Made by a program: the position numbers and the translations under genes. A DNA stretch of 64,000 nucleotides from Candidatus Bathyarchaeota archaeon (GTDB taxonomy: Archaea > Thermoproteota > Bathyarchaeia > 40CM-2-53-6 > RBG-13-38-9). The stretch's first letter is position 1, and each line of letters opens with the position of its first letter. Of the stretch, positions 27,389 to 38,583 are shown piece by piece. The notes under the pieces were generated by a model. It worked only from the letters and a program-made list of their open reading frames with translations. It made no database searches and was not told the origin of the DNA. The stretch is from the NCBI GenBank assembly GCA_963807605.1, contig CAWECG010000001.1, positions 512,001 to 576,000 of the forward strand, given 5' to 3'.

Positions 27389-29838
27389 TCAAATGCACTC
27401 TCCTCAGCAGTCTCAGGGCTCTGCCTCTCAACCGACAATCGCGAATGGAGGGCAGACTCCATCAGGACCTTCCGCTCGATCTGAGCCACCATCTGCCGGG
27501 TCTGCACGGCAACATCTTGATTGATGCTTATGCTATCTATCCCGTTACGTATCAGGAACTCTGTAAAGTCCGGAAACTCCGACGGTGCCTGACCGCATAT
27601 CGATACCTTTCCCCCATTCTTGTGGACAACTCTGATGAAGTGTTGAATGGCTCTCAGGACCGCCTCGTCGCGCTCGTCAAAGACCTTCGACAACTTGGAT
27701 GAGTCACGGTCGCATCCTAGAATAAGTTGTGTCAGATCATTACTCCCGATGCTGAAGGCATTCACGAGCTTCGCAAACTGATCTGCAAGGATGACGTTGG
27801 AGGGAACCTCACACATCATCCAGATTTCAAGATCATGACTTCGACTGAGACCCATCTCCGCCATTATCTGAAGGACTCTCCTAAGCTCGTTTGGAGTGCG
27901 GACGAAGGGGATCATAATGTGTAAGTTCTTGAATCCTCGCTCTTCACGGACCTTCTTTATTGCCTCAAGCTCAAGCCTGAAGGCAGGCTCGTAAGCTGGG
28001 TCGACGTATCTGCTTGCGCCCCGCCAGCCGAGCATGGGATTATCCTCTTGAATCTCGTACTTCTCACCGCCCTTCAGCGAACGATACTCATTGGTCTTCA
28101 GATCCGAGAGGCGCACGACGACGGGGCGAGGAGCGAAAGCCTCAGTCACTTTCGAAATCCCGTCAACCAATCCGTCGATGAACTTTTCAGGCCTCCCAGT
28201 CTCAATCAGGTGCATCGGATGTTCTCCAACGTAGGTCGCTAGGATGAATTCCATCCTCATCAGGCCGACACCATCCACTGGGAGCTTACCGGCTTCAGCT
28301 GCACGTTCCGGAACGCCGAGGTTAACATAGATCTTGGTGCCTGTGACAGGAGCCTCGGCCTGCGTGAATGTATATGGAGTGGCTTGTCTCGCCGGTAATG
28401 TCCCCTCCTCAAGTGCGGGCTTGGGCCCTAACGCTTCAGGCAACAACCCTTCGTAGACAGTTCCTCGCGAGGCATCGACGGTGATGTACTGGCCTGTTCG
28501 AAGTTTCTTTGTCCCATCACCGGTGCCGACTACACAAGGTATGCCCATCTCTCGGGAGACTATGGCGGCATGGCAGGTCATTCCACCTTGATCTGTCACT
28601 ATCGCGGCGGCCTTCCGCATGATGGGAACCCAGTCCGGAGTCGTCATATCTGTCACAAGAACCTCGCGGTCCTTGAATTCGGAGGACTTTTCCAAGTCAA
28701 GGATAATGTGAGCTTCACCCGCTGCAGTACCCGGTGATGCTGGAAGTCCAGTCAGAAGTTTTCTACGCTCGGTGGTCGGCTCGACTCTTTCTCTGATCTC
28801 CTTCGTCTCCTTCTTGACTGTGAAGATGTGCTCTTTCATCTTCTCAGTCCAGACCGTCTCCGGTCTACTCTGAACAATATACAACTTATTACTGTCAGCC
28901 TCCAGGGCCCACTCCATATCCTGTGCTATCTTGTAATGCTCTTCCAAGCTCACTGCATATCGGGCAAGTTCCTTGATCTGGTCATCGCTGAGGCAGGGCA
29001 CGTTCTGAAGGTCCGCAGGAACCTGTTTTTCCTCTGTTCCACCTTCAGGCTTTGCCAGGAGCATGGTCTTCTTGACGGCTATCTTCTTGCTTGCAATCTT
29101 GAGGTCTGACTTTGAGATGATATACTCGTCTGGAGTAATCCTGCCTTGGACGATGAATTCTCCCAAACCCCATGAGGCTTCGATGACGACAACCTTCCTA
29201 TCGCCTGTCACTGGATGAAGAGAGAACATTACCCCGCTGGCTTTTGCAGGAACCATCTTCTGCACTCCGACGCTGAGGTAGACCTTCTCATTGTCGAAGC
29301 CCTTCTCTTCTCGGTAAGTCGTTGCTCTGGGTGTGAAGAGGCTTGCAAAGCATTTCTTTACGCTCGTGAGTAATTCCTTGACTCCCTTTACGTTAAGGTA
29401 CGTATCCTGCTGACCTGCAAAACTTGCTCCTGGAAGATCCTCAGCCGTCGCTGAAGATCTGACGGCGACAAGTACCTCTTTCTGCCCCTCTGCGGTGCTG
29501 AGTTTGGTATAGTATGACGATATTTCCTCAGCAAGTCCGTCGGGCATATCGGCTGTCTCCATGATCTCTCTGACCTTTGAAGTCTTCTCGTTAAGTTGCT
29601 TGAGATCCTTTACATCAAGATCTGATAGGAGTGAAAAGACCCTGTCCCTAATGCCGCTCCTCTCAAGGAAGAACCTGTACGCATACGAAGTGACGGCAAA
29701 TCCTGGGGGAACTGGAACCGCTGCCTTAGTTATCATCTCTCCGAGATTGGCACATTTGCCACCGACAAGAGCTGTGTCCTCTTTACCGATCTCAGTGAAC
29801 GGCAGAACAAACCTTTTCTCTTTAGGAGTCTGGCTCAA
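27385..29838 (-). CDS. ppsA: Phosphoenolpyruvate synthase
   Basis: GGKCANLGE, AVRSSATAEDL, SFAGQQDT, GGMTCHAAIVSRE, NPMLGWRG, SIGSNDLTQ. Confidence 0.95.
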   Translation of the reverse strand: MSQTPKEKRFVLPFTEIGKEDTALVGGKCANLGEMITKAAVPVPPGFAVTSYAYRFFLERSGIRDRVFSLLSDLDVKDLKQLNEKTSKVREIMETADMPDGLAEEISSYYTKLSTAEGQKEVLVAVRSSATAEDLPGASFAGQQDTYLNVKGVKELLTSVKKCFASLFTPRATTYREEKGFDNEKVYLSVGVQKMVPAKASGVMFSLHPVTGDRKVVVIEASWGLGEFIVQGRITPDEYIISKSDLKIASKKIAVKKTMLLAKPEGGTEEKQVPADLQNVPCLSDDQIKELARYAVSLEEHYKIAQDMEWALEADSNKLYIVQSRPETVWTEKMKEHIFTVKKETKEIRERVEPTTERRKLLTGLPASPGTAAGEAHIILDLEKSSEFKDREVLVTDMTTPDWVPIMRKAAAIVTDQGGMTCHAAIVSREMGIPCVVGTGDGTKKLRTGQYITVDASRGTVYEGLLPEALGPKPALEEGTLPARQATPYTFTQAEAPVTGTKIYVNLGVPERAAEAGKLPVDGVGLMRMEFILATYVGEHPMHLIETGRPEKFIDGLVDGISKVTEAFAPRPVVVRLSDLKTNEYRSLKGGEKYEIQEDNPMLGWRGASRYVDPAYEPAFRLELEAIKKVREERGFKNLHIMIPFVRTPNELRRVLQIMAEMGLSRSHDLEIWMMCEVPSNVILADQFAKLVNAFSIGSNDLTQLILGCDRDSSKLSKVFDERDEAVLRAIQHFIRVVHKNGGKVSICGQAPSEFPDFTEFLIRNGIDSISINQDVAVQTRQMVAQIERKVLMESALHSRLSVERQSPETAEESAFE

Positions 29839-30012
29839 GACTGATCTAGTTATTATTCTCAGTTTCCCGAATTAAGTCTGATCTCATTATCGCTAAATAT
29901 CATTCAGAACGCGGGACCAGATTTACGAGCTAAGCGCGCGCTTAGAAAAGGATCTTTCAAATCCTTTGCGTTTAAGGGATAATTCCTAATATTGAGAGAG
30001 TGCCTCTAGGGG

Positions 30013-30990
30013 CTATTTCTTCTTTGTCCTTGCAGTCTTCCTTCTTACTCTGTAGACTGCTGCGCTCGCGATTCCAATGGCGATTATGGCAAGTATCAGG
30101 ATGGGATAGACGGTTTCTTGGGCCGAGATCGTAAACCCTGCCTGAGGACTTTGAGTCGTCGGGGGCACGACTCCTGTGGGCGGTGTTTGAGTGGGCGATG
30201 GTGGTCCTGTGGTGGATCCGCTGCCCCATAAGGAGGTTGAGTCCAAAAAGTAGTTGTAGGTTGTTACACGTGCGCCTTTCTCACTCGTAGCCTGTAACTT
30301 GTTTGACGATGATACTAGGAGGCCTGTGGTCCTTTCAAAGTTGAAGGTATAGTCTGCGGTGCCATTAGTGTCCAGCCATGGATCCTTTGCAGATGGACCT
30401 GAGTAGCGGAGTACTATAGCTGGGAGGCTTGACCCTTGAAAGTCTACGTTTCCAAGCGAGACGGTGCAGTTGATCTTTCCAGTGATGCTTTGGTAGGGAA
30501 TGTGCTGGCCTTCTGTGAGGGATGTTGATACGAATTCGATGGCGGGCATTCCAACTATGGCAGGATCCTGTTGCGTACTATTGTCCGTCTCATTCCTTAC
30601 GACGCGAGCTCTGTAGGTGAGGGTATCACTGTCGACCGCGGTTCTTTCAGTGAAGTTATAGAAATTAACTTTTGGTTCTTGTTTGAAATAGCCGGTGCCG
30701 TCTGTTGAGAAATTAGTCTCTTCGCTCTTCTCGATTACGAATGTGGAGGAGTTAAGAGGAACTATAATGGCGCGACCTCTGACCGCGATGGTATTTGTGA
30801 ACACTCCCGTGTAGTTGCCTGCCCCTTGTAGTTCGCTACTTGATGTGACATGATAAGTCCAATATGCATCTTTAGCAAGAGCACCATTCGCCGCACCTGC
30901 ATCTCCCATAACTAGCATGAACATCGATAGGGCTAGGAGAAAGACGAAGATGTTAACGCAGGTGATCTGGCGCAAGCTAATCCTCGACAC
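30013..30990 (-). CDS. Cell-surface protein: signal peptide, Thr-rich beta domain, Pro/Thr linker, C-terminal TM
   Basis: N-terminal hydrophobic segment, many NxS/T sequons, PT linker, TM plus basic tail. Confidence 0.75.
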   Translation of the reverse strand: MSRISLRQITCVNIFVFLLALSMFMLVMGDAGAANGALAKDAYWTYHVTSSSELQGAGNYTGVFTNTIAVRGRAIIVPLNSSTFVIEKSEETNFSTDGTGYFKQEPKVNFYNFTERTAVDSDTLTYRARVVRNETDNSTQQDPAIVGMPAIEFVSTSLTEGQHIPYQSITGKINCTVSLGNVDFQGSSLPAIVLRYSGPSAKDPWLDTNGTADYTFNFERTTGLLVSSSNKLQATSEKGARVTTYNYFLDSTSLWGSGSTTGPPSPTQTPPTGVVPPTTQSPQAGFTISAQETVYPILILAIIAIGIASAAVYRVRRKTARTKKK

Positions 30991-31069
30991 AATAGCGCTA
31001 TGACAGTCTCATATCCTCTTGATTGATAGACTGGTTCGCCTCAGCAATTAGCGTTTCTGAATTCTGATC

Positions 31070-31570
31070 TTAGAGAAACATTCGCATCTCTGTCGTGGGT
31101 TTGAAGCCAAAGGACTCGTAGAGTGGTCTGCTAGCCTCGACAGCATGAAGTGTGAGAGTCTTAAACCCATTCTCTTGGCAGTATTGAACAATTGTATTTA
31201 GGATTCTTCTTGCCAGACCGCGGCGTCTGTGCTCAGGCGCTGTGTATATACTATGAACGTAGACGTAGCGTAGGGTGTCGTCTTGGGGTCGGGGAGGTTG
31301 CTCGTATATCGAGATCCCGCCGCCTGCTACGGTTTTGTGGTCACTGGACTCTATCAGCCAAGCTTTCAAGGTTCCTGCCGGTTGAGCTTTCTCTAGGTAT
31401 TTTTTGTAGGCTCTATCCATGGCGTCGAGTGCCTTCTCGTCTTTGGCCCCTGTCGCCTCTATGAACATCGCTCTTCTTTGAAATACAAGAACTGGGATAT
31501 CATTCATCGTTGCTTCGCGGAGGACGTATTCGCCACGATCTTTAGCATCAGTCATTCCCAGCCTCTCCAA
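31070..31570 (-). CDS. GNAT-family N-acetyltransferase
   Basis: YTAPEHRRRGLA, LHA..RPLYESFGF. Confidence 0.9.
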   Translation of the reverse strand: MERLGMTDAKDRGEYVLREATMNDIPVLVFQRRAMFIEATGAKDEKALDAMDRAYKKYLEKAQPAGTLKAWLIESSDHKTVAGGGISIYEQPPRPQDDTLRYVYVHSIYTAPEHRRRGLARRILNTIVQYCQENGFKTLTLHAVEASRPLYESFGFKPTTEMRMFL

Positions 31571-31841
31571 AGTTGCGATTCTTTGCAGATTGTTTCTTGC
31601 AGTCTCTAAAGGCTTTCCTTTGATAAGAGACCACGCTATTCATGGTTCTGGAGTTCAAAAGAACCGGATAGGCTCAAGCTCAGGAGACTAACCACCACGC
31701 AGTCCTGGCGAAGAACCAGGGAATTACCGAATTCCAACAGTAGTCGTACTGCGAAGCAGAAAACATTATTTCTGCCATATGTTAGGCTCTAAGAATATCA
31801 ACAGGAATGGTATCGGTCATTTCCGACTTCGTGATAAGGAC

Positions 31842-32492
31842 ATGATGAAAAAGCAGCGGATGAAACAGTTAAAAACGAAAGAGAAGAGAAGGACAAGCCA
31901 AAAGCGTCTGCAAATCGCACTTGGAATCTTGTTCTTGGTGATATTATTGGGTGTTTACTTCTACACTTCAAGACCCAATATACTGGGTGTCAACATCCCG
32001 ACCTCAACACCGAATACAACGTCCAGATCCTCATCAAATAGGATTGCTGTAATAGAGACAAGCATGGGAACGATGGAGTTTGAACTCTTTGAAGATAAAG
32101 CCCCGATAACCACAGGCCACTTTATCGATTTAGCCCAGAGAGGTTTCTATAACGGTTTGATATTCCACAGGGTAGTCAAGGGTTTTGTAATACAGGGCGG
32201 CGACCCCACCGGCACAGGTAGAGGCGGCTCAGGAAAGAGCATTCCTGACGAGATAGTGCCTGAGCTGAAACACGACTCTATCGGGGTCTTATCTATGGCC
32301 AATGCGGGCCCCAATACTGGTGACTCACAGTTCTTCGTAACACTAGCCCCTGCGCCATCCCTAGACGGTAAATATTCAATTTTCGGAAAACTGATTCAGG
32401 GTCAGGACGTGCTTCTGGCAATAGGATCGGTGCCCGTGGGTGCCGGAGACAAGCCCTTGACCAATGTCACCATGAAGATCACGATCAAATGA
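31842..32492 (+). CDS. Membrane-anchored cyclophilin-type peptidyl-prolyl isomerase
   Basis: FHRVVKGFVIQGGDP, SMANAGPNT.SQFF; N-terminal basic + TM segment. Confidence 0.92.
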   Translation: MMKKQRMKQLKTKEKRRTSQKRLQIALGILFLVILLGVYFYTSRPNILGVNIPTSTPNTTSRSSSNRIAVIETSMGTMEFELFEDKAPITTGHFIDLAQRGFYNGLIFHRVVKGFVIQGGDPTGTGRGGSGKSIPDEIVPELKHDSIGVLSMANAGPNTGDSQFFVTLAPAPSLDGKYSIFGKLIQGQDVLLAIGSVPVGAGDKPLTNVTMKITIK

Positions 32493-32593
32493 TGAGAATG
32501 ATGTCTCCGAAGTAGAAGTTGGATGTCTGTCGATCCTAGTTCTGGAAAGTGTTATAATATTGCTTCGATCCTGTTAGTTCAGAGGATCTACTC

Positions 32594-33019
32594 TTGTCCG
32601 AGAAGGCCCGGCAATTACCAACAGTTTCTGAAGTAGTAGATGTCGATGAGAAACTCTCTGTAAGACTTCCGGAATCTGCTTGTAAAGCGCTTGAGATAGC
32701 CCCCGGAACAAAGCTTCTTCTAACCGCGGACTCGGCCGTAGGTGAGATTGTGATGAACGTGGCTGCTCGTGCTGGGGCATTGATGGCTGAGGCTAGGATG
32801 TTGATTGACAATCATCCAGGATCTATCGCGAAGATTACTGGAAAGATCGCACAGGAGAACATCAACATCGTGATGTTCCTATTGCCAGCTTCAACCAAGG
32901 ACACAATAAGTGGAACAATGCTTTTGGATCTGTCCCGAAGCAATAAGACGCTCAAAGAGCTTGAGAGGATCCTCTCGGAACTTGATGTTGTAAAGAATGT
33001 GACAACAAGACTCCTCTGA
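32594..33019 (+). CDS. AbrB-like N-terminus + ACT domain regulatory protein
   Basis: VDVDEK..VRLP...LEI.PG; DNHPGSIAKI...A..NINI. Confidence 0.7.
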   Translation: MSEKARQLPTVSEVVDVDEKLSVRLPESACKALEIAPGTKLLLTADSAVGEIVMNVAARAGALMAEARMLIDNHPGSIAKITGKIAQENINIVMFLLPASTKDTISGTMLLDLSRSNKTLKELERILSELDVVKNVTTRLL

Positions 33020-33093
33020 TGAACATGCTTCTATTGAAACTCGGAGCTTCCCAGAGATCTGGGACTTGACCGAAATGGAAGCGCGGACATCCC

Positions 33094-35052
33094 TTGTTTA
33101 GAACTACCCCTATGAAAAGGCTGTACGCGGCTGCTCCATTAACATGTGAGGATAGTCTGCTCAAGTCTTTAGGACGGACTGGCGCTGTCCACCTCGTGGG
33201 CGACTACTCTATCAAAGGCTTCAGGAAGGTCGAGACTGTAGAGAAATGCGATAAGTACATCAAACTCCAGCAGAGGATCGCATCTATTCTTGCCTCTATT
33301 CCGCCTGAAAGTACTGAGAGTAAGGGTTTTCTTGAGAATCTCAAGGCAAGCTTCTCTGTAATTCCTTCCGATCATCCATCAGCAAAGGTTGAATTGAAAG
33401 AGATTGAAGACTATGTTACAGACTTTGAGGCGAAACTGAATCGCAAAGTCGGCGTCCTAGAGAACCTTCGATCAGAAATCGGGAGGCTGAAGAATCTTGA
33501 AGAGAGGCTTCTCATCCTAGAAAAACACAATTTGAAGATAGACCAGCTAGGCAATTTCAGACACATATTCGTCAAGGCGGGCCTCATTCAGAGGGAGCTT
33601 GCCCCTAGGCTTGGAAGGTACGTAGAAGGCACCAGTGTGACATTCAGATCCTTCCCTGAGAACAGAAAGGAGGACTTTGTAGTCATAACTGGCTTGATGG
33701 ACGACAAATCCCACATAGAGAGTGCCTTACCGATCCTCAACTTCAGCGAACTAACCTTTCCGAGTGACGTAGACCCTGATCCCAAGGAGGCCTTACACGA
33801 AGTCTCAGCGGCAATCAGGCAGAAGACGAACGAGGCAGAAGAGATCGAGACGGCTTTAAGAGAAATGGGCAAGGAGTTTCGGGAAAGGGCAATAATCTAT
33901 GAGCCAGTAGTCCAAGGAATCTTGAGACTTGAGGAGGCCAGATCGAATCTTAGTAGAACTGAAAAGGTGAGCTTGGTCCACGGCTGGATCCCTGCTAACA
34001 GAGCGAAGGAAGTCACAGACGCGGTTCTAGATGCAACATCCGGGCTTGCTTTCGTTAAGCTCGGCGACCCAGCTCCGGATGATAACCCACCCGTCAGTAT
34101 GAATAACAAAGGTCCGCTGGGACCCTTTGAGCTACTTACCAAGCTTAGAGGGACACCGGATTATAGAGAGATCGACCCCACACCCATAATGGCTTTGCTC
34201 TTTACAGTCATGTTCGGCCTAATGTTCGGGGATATCGGTAACGGACTTGTCTTAGCCATAATTGGCTTGATCTTCTTTAATCTCCAACGTGACTTCCTCA
34301 GAATACCTGCAAGGGCTGTAAGGAAGCTTGGAGGAATTCTGCTGGCATGCGGAATATCGTCGATGATCTTTGGAGTACTATTCGGTGAAGTTTTCTTATT
34401 TGGAGGATTGATCAATCCCATCCTTTTCAGCCCATTCGACAACCAAATGGCAATCATAGTTGTTGCGCTTGTCTTCGGCGTTATACAAATAGCCTTGGGA
34501 CTGGTCTTGAAAATTGTAAATATGCTCAGGAAGGGAGAAGCCCACAGAGCCATATTCGCCGCAATTGTATTAGCTTACTATGTTGTAGGGGTTTTACTGG
34601 CAGTAGATTTTGTTTCAAATATGTCGTTTTCTGTCTTCACGGATAACCCAATCCTGACGGCGGCTGCAATTGGACTGCTGACATTGATCTTTGCTTTCCC
34701 AATGATTGAGGGCCTAATGGAGGGAGAGGTTAAGATTGTCGACAATTTGACGAGAGGGTTCGCGGAGTTCATTGAGACATTCATATCTACACTCACGAAT
34801 TCGATCTCTTACGTCAGGCTGGCGGCCTTCGCGATAGCTCATGGCGCTCTGGCAATGTCAGCTGTTATTCTGGCGTCAACTGTTGGAGCACCTTTGAGCT
34901 ATCTAATAATGAACTTCCTCGTGATCATGATTGAGGGCCTAGCCATCCTGATACAGTCTATGAGGCTCACCTATTACGAGTTCTTTACAAAATTCTTTTC
35001 TGGAGGGGGAAAGCCATACCGGCCTTTCACTCTGCCTCCTATCTTTACGTAA
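33094..35052 (+). CDS. atpI: A/V-type ATP synthase subunit I (a)
   Basis: GWIP, P.YREIDPT, FG.MFGD.G.G, NSISYVRL.A..H, RL.YYEFFTKF. Confidence 0.93.
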   Translation: MFRTTPMKRLYAAAPLTCEDSLLKSLGRTGAVHLVGDYSIKGFRKVETVEKCDKYIKLQQRIASILASIPPESTESKGFLENLKASFSVIPSDHPSAKVELKEIEDYVTDFEAKLNRKVGVLENLRSEIGRLKNLEERLLILEKHNLKIDQLGNFRHIFVKAGLIQRELAPRLGRYVEGTSVTFRSFPENRKEDFVVITGLMDDKSHIESALPILNFSELTFPSDVDPDPKEALHEVSAAIRQKTNEAEEIETALREMGKEFRERAIIYEPVVQGILRLEEARSNLSRTEKVSLVHGWIPANRAKEVTDAVLDATSGLAFVKLGDPAPDDNPPVSMNNKGPLGPFELLTKLRGTPDYREIDPTPIMALLFTVMFGLMFGDIGNGLVLAIIGLIFFNLQRDFLRIPARAVRKLGGILLACGISSMIFGVLFGEVFLFGGLINPILFSPFDNQMAIIVVALVFGVIQIALGLVLKIVNMLRKGEAHRAIFAAIVLAYYVVGVLLAVDFVSNMSFSVFTDNPILTAAAIGLLTLIFAFPMIEGLMEGEVKIVDNLTRGFAEFIETFISTLTNSISYVRLAAFAIAHGALAMSAVILASTVGAPLSYLIMNFLVIMIEGLAILIQSMRLTYYEFFTKFFSGGGKPYRPFTLPPIFT

Positions 35053-35104
35053 GCATTAAATATTGAAGGGAAAGCTTCACAATTGTATTGGCTGGTTATG
35101 TGAA

Positions 35105-35461
35105 TTGACTAAACAAAGACGAGGCAGAACCATATCCAAGAAGAATTTGATCCTTCTTACCCCATTCATCATAGCACTATTGGTCCTAGCCACTCAAGTG
35201 GCATCAACATCCGCGCAAGCTGAGCAGCAACCCTCTGGGGCTGCAGGATCCAAGTCATACGGTTTGGTCGCTGCAAGTCTGGCCGTCGGCTTATCTGGGC
35301 TGGGCGCTGGAGTGGCAATCTTTGGGTCAACCTCAGCCGGCATGGCAGCAGCGGTGGAGAGGCCTGAACTGACGACGTGGGTTTTAATCTTCGCAGGCTT
35401 GGGCGAAGGGCTTGCAATCTACGGCCTTGTTGTAGCTATCATGATTCTTGGAAAAATCTAA
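35105..35461 (+). CDS. atpK: A/V-type ATP synthase subunit K (c), single hairpin with N-terminal leader
   Basis: GLSGLGAGVA..ERPE..GLGEGLAIYGL; start codon uncertain. Confidence 0.9.
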   Translation: MTKQRRGRTISKKNLILLTPFIIALLVLATQVASTSAQAEQQPSGAAGSKSYGLVAASLAVGLSGLGAGVAIFGSTSAGMAAAVERPELTTWVLIFAGLGEGLAIYGLVVAIMILGKI

Positions 35462-35502
35462 AGCTGCGCTTAGCAATCCTCTGTTTCTGTTGAGGTTCCT
35501 TT

Positions 35503-36534
35503 TCAGATCAAGAGTCTTCTCTGGAGTTCCTCCTCGGGAACCTTAAGATCTAGTGCCGTAGCTATTGTGACTAGGTTTCTTGCCTCCCTCTCACACATGA
35601 GGAGGTAGGCAACTACATATCCCAACTCTAAGAACAAGTTCTTCAGCGCAGATGAAGCGTCTTGGTAAAGTCTTTTGGAGATGACGTTCTCCAAGCTTAT
35701 GGCTGGCTCCTTGGACCTCCTAATGATCTCGTCTGCAACATCGTGATATGTGGTTCCGGCCAAGATCTCCGGAGCATCTTCCAGCCCAGCTTGAGCCAGT
35801 TTTCTCAGATCGAATTTGCTGAGTCTGTAATAGATTGGAATCATCATTTCCTCAATGAGTCTAGGTGCAAGCGCCCTCAGCTGTAATGTAAACACCAGTT
35901 GAAGATTCCAAAGGTCGACCTCTTCACCTACAAGCGTTTTGAGACCTTCTCTTTCAATCAGCCCCTCCATCTTCTCCCATAGCTTGGTGAAGTATATTCT
36001 GTGAAGAAGTGACTCAAGAACTATGGGGGACCCCACCCTTTTGTATGTGTCCAGTCCTTCTGCTACAGATGCGTAGTCTGTTTCTCGTAGAAGTGAAACT
36101 GCTTCTTCAACGTTCTCAGCCTTGGCGAGGGCTGGGAAGTTGACGAACGTGTGTTCTCTGCTTAATGGTATTAGGTGGTATTCCTCGATCTTCTCTTGGG
36201 CGTGTTTGGCTCTAATAATCCTTTTGAGGTTTTCAACCTCAATTCTGGCTGCATATGCGTCGAGGAACTCTTTGATTCTTCCTCTTGTATCGTTTGTGAG
36301 GGTGAAGAATCTCTGTACAAGGGCCTTTAGGAATACGTTCTCCAACTTCACTGAATCGATCTCTTCCCTTGAGAGTTTGCTGATCTCAGCTGCATAGTCA
36401 CTCCTGAGCAGTTGATCAAACATCTCTGTGAGACTTCTTGACTTCGACATTGTCTTGATACTTTCAGAAGTGAGAAGGTGGGTTCTCCTGCCATGGGTTC
36501 TTGTGATCAGGTAGATAGTGGATGGTGTTCTCAC
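35503..36534 (-). CDS. atpC: A/V-type ATP synthase subunit C (d)
   Basis: EVENLKRIIRAK, EVDLWNL, YL..EREARNL; operon context. Confidence 0.85.
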   Translation of the reverse strand: MRTPSTIYLITRTHGRRTHLLTSESIKTMSKSRSLTEMFDQLLRSDYAAEISKLSREEIDSVKLENVFLKALVQRFFTLTNDTRGRIKEFLDAYAARIEVENLKRIIRAKHAQEKIEEYHLIPLSREHTFVNFPALAKAENVEEAVSLLRETDYASVAEGLDTYKRVGSPIVLESLLHRIYFTKLWEKMEGLIEREGLKTLVGEEVDLWNLQLVFTLQLRALAPRLIEEMMIPIYYRLSKFDLRKLAQAGLEDAPEILAGTTYHDVADEIIRRSKEPAISLENVISKRLYQDASSALKNLFLELGYVVAYLLMCEREARNLVTIATALDLKVPEEELQRRLLI

Positions 36535-37145
36535 TGGTGCGACCTCTTGATCACTTGTTTTACACGTTTGGCTCTGAAGAATTCTTCAAGAGACTCCTCT
36601 TCCAGTCTGCCTTCCACGTATCTGATGAGTTCGAGCAGCCCAGGTATCAGGACCCTCTCAAGAGCATTCACCTTGCGATTCGTCATCATCAACTCGTAGG
36701 CTATGCTTTCAATGCGTGATTCAGCTTCTGCCAACTGGATCAGGTCTTTCATCAGGGCGTTGAGTTCTGAGGCTGCCTGGTAGGCGGATGGGCTTGATAT
36801 GGAGTTTATGTTGGCTTCCTTCTCGACTAGGACTTCCGGGACTATTACTCCCATTATGCTCCAAGGCCGGAGCTGCACTTCCATCTTACTTACTATTGTA
36901 GCTTGGGAGGCTAAGCTAGAATATCCTAGATTCAGGTACGCGGCTTTGAGGGTTTCATATGCTTGCATAAGTCTGCTGTCAAGCTTGTTCCGCTCAGCTA
37001 CCCTGGAGAGGAGTTTGTTTGTTTCAGATGCAAGGTGGTCTCTCTTCATCTTTAGGAGTTCTTTGCCTTTCTTTGTGAATTCGATCTGCTCTCTGAGCCT
37101 GAGTAGAATTCCTCTTGATACTGCCGCTCTTCCAGCAGCGCTCAC
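36531..37145 (-). CDS. atpD: A/V-type ATP synthase subunit D
   Basis: G..LLK.KRD.L, IMGV.VP, TNRKVNALE..IP. Confidence 0.92.
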   Translation of the reverse strand: MSAAGRAAVSRGILLRLREQIEFTKKGKELLKMKRDHLASETNKLLSRVAERNKLDSRLMQAYETLKAAYLNLGYSSLASQATIVSKMEVQLRPWSIMGVIVPEVLVEKEANINSISSPSAYQAASELNALMKDLIQLAEAESRIESIAYELMMTNRKVNALERVLIPGLLELIRYVEGRLEEESLEEFFRAKRVKQVIKRSHQ

Positions 37146-37155
37146 AATACAAGAC

Positions 37156-38580
37156 CTACTCTGGTTGGGTCGCGGCTTCTTTCTCTGGGTAGTATTTCTC
37201 TATGTATTCTTCGTGAATCCTAGTCAATGCCTTCTCAGGAAGTATGGAGAGCAACTTCCACGCAATGCTGAGTGTCGTCTCTATAGTTCTATTCTCGTAC
37301 TCGCCTTGACTGATGAAGTGTGTCTCGAAGCTGTCTGCGAACTTAAGGTAGAGTTTCTCATCCTCACTGAGGCCTACCTCGCCGACTATTCTTGATAAAT
37401 CTCGGGCTTGCCGGCCTCTCGAGTATGCACCATAGAGTTGGTCAGCCACATCGCCATGGTCATCCCTTGTCTTGCCTTTTCCTATCCCTTTCCTCATCAA
37501 TCTTGAAAGTGAAGGTAGAACATTTATCGGCGGGTATATTCCTCTCATGTAGAGTTCACGGTCAAGAAAAACCTGTCCTTCGGTTATGTATCCACTCAAG
37601 TCAGGTATCGGATGCTGGATATCTCCACCAGGCATGGTCAAAATTGGCATCTGTGTAAGGGATCCCGGCAGACCCTCGATGATTCCAGCCCTCTCATATA
37701 TCGAGGCCAAGTCGCTGTATAGGTATCCTGGATAACCCTTCCTGCTTGGCACCTCCTCCCTTGCAGCGCTCAGCTCTCTAAGGACCTCAGCGTAGTTCGT
37801 CATGTCGCTGAGTATGACAAGAACATGCATACCAAGCCTGAATGCGATATACTCGGCTGCTGTGAGGGCTATACGTGGTGTGAAGAGTCTCTCGATGGCA
37901 GGGTCATCAGCCAAGTTCAGGATGATGACTGAACGTTCGAGGGCCCCCGAATCTCGAAACTCGCCCATGAAGTACTCGGCCTCATCATGTCTGAGCCCCA
38001 TTGCTGAGAAGACGAGGGCAAACTCCTCCTTCTCGCCAAGGACGGTGGCTTGTCTTGAGATCTGTGCTATTACCCGGTTGTGCGGCATACCGCTCTCAGA
38101 GAATAGCGGGAGTTTCTGCCCTCTCACCAAGGACAACATTCCGTCTATGGCCGAAATTCCGGTCTGAATGAAATTGTTAGGGTAGATCCTCGCTCGGGGA
38201 TTTATTGGAGAGCCGTTTATGTCCTCCATCTCACTGGAGATGATTGCTGGCGACCCGTCTACTGGCTCGAAGATGCCGTTAAAGATCCTTCCTAGAATCT
38301 CGTCTGAAAGCGGGATTTTGAAGGCTGAGCCTGAGAAGCTTATGACAGAGTCTGCCTGCAAACCCATCTCGCCCCCGAAGATTTGGATCACAGCCTTTCC
38401 CCTACCCACCTCTAAGACCCGGCCCATCCTGTCGACTCCGTCTGGCGCCCGGACGGTAACTAGCTCGTCATAACCAACATTCTCAACATTATCTATCATC
38501 AAGAGTGATCCTCTGACTTCCTGGAGTCCACGATAAACAAGGCCATGGGTTGACGACAACATAGATTCCATGATCCTCAC
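37156..38580 (-). CDS. atpB: A/V-type ATP synthase subunit B
   Basis: [47 protein letters not shown]. Confidence 0.96.
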   Translation of the reverse strand: MRIMESMLSSTHGLVYRGLQEVRGSLLMIDNVENVGYDELVTVRAPDGVDRMGRVLEVGRGKAVIQIFGGEMGLQADSVISFSGSAFKIPLSDEILGRIFNGIFEPVDGSPAIISSEMEDINGSPINPRARIYPNNFIQTGISAIDGMLSLVRGQKLPLFSESGMPHNRVIAQISRQATVLGEKEEFALVFSAMGLRHDEAEYFMGEFRDSGALERSVIILNLADDPAIERLFTPRIALTAAEYIAFRLGMHVLVILSDMTNYAEVLRELSAAREEVPSRKGYPGYLYSDLASIYERAGIIEGLPGSLTQMPILTMPGGDIQHPIPDLSGYITEGQVFLDRELYMRGIYPPINVLPSLSRLMRKGIGKGKTRDDHGDVADQLYGAYSRGRQARDLSRIVGEVGLSEDEKLYLKFADSFETHFISQGEYENRTIETTLSIAWKLLSILPEKALTRIHEEYIEKYYPEKEAATQPE

Positions 38581-38583
38581 CTC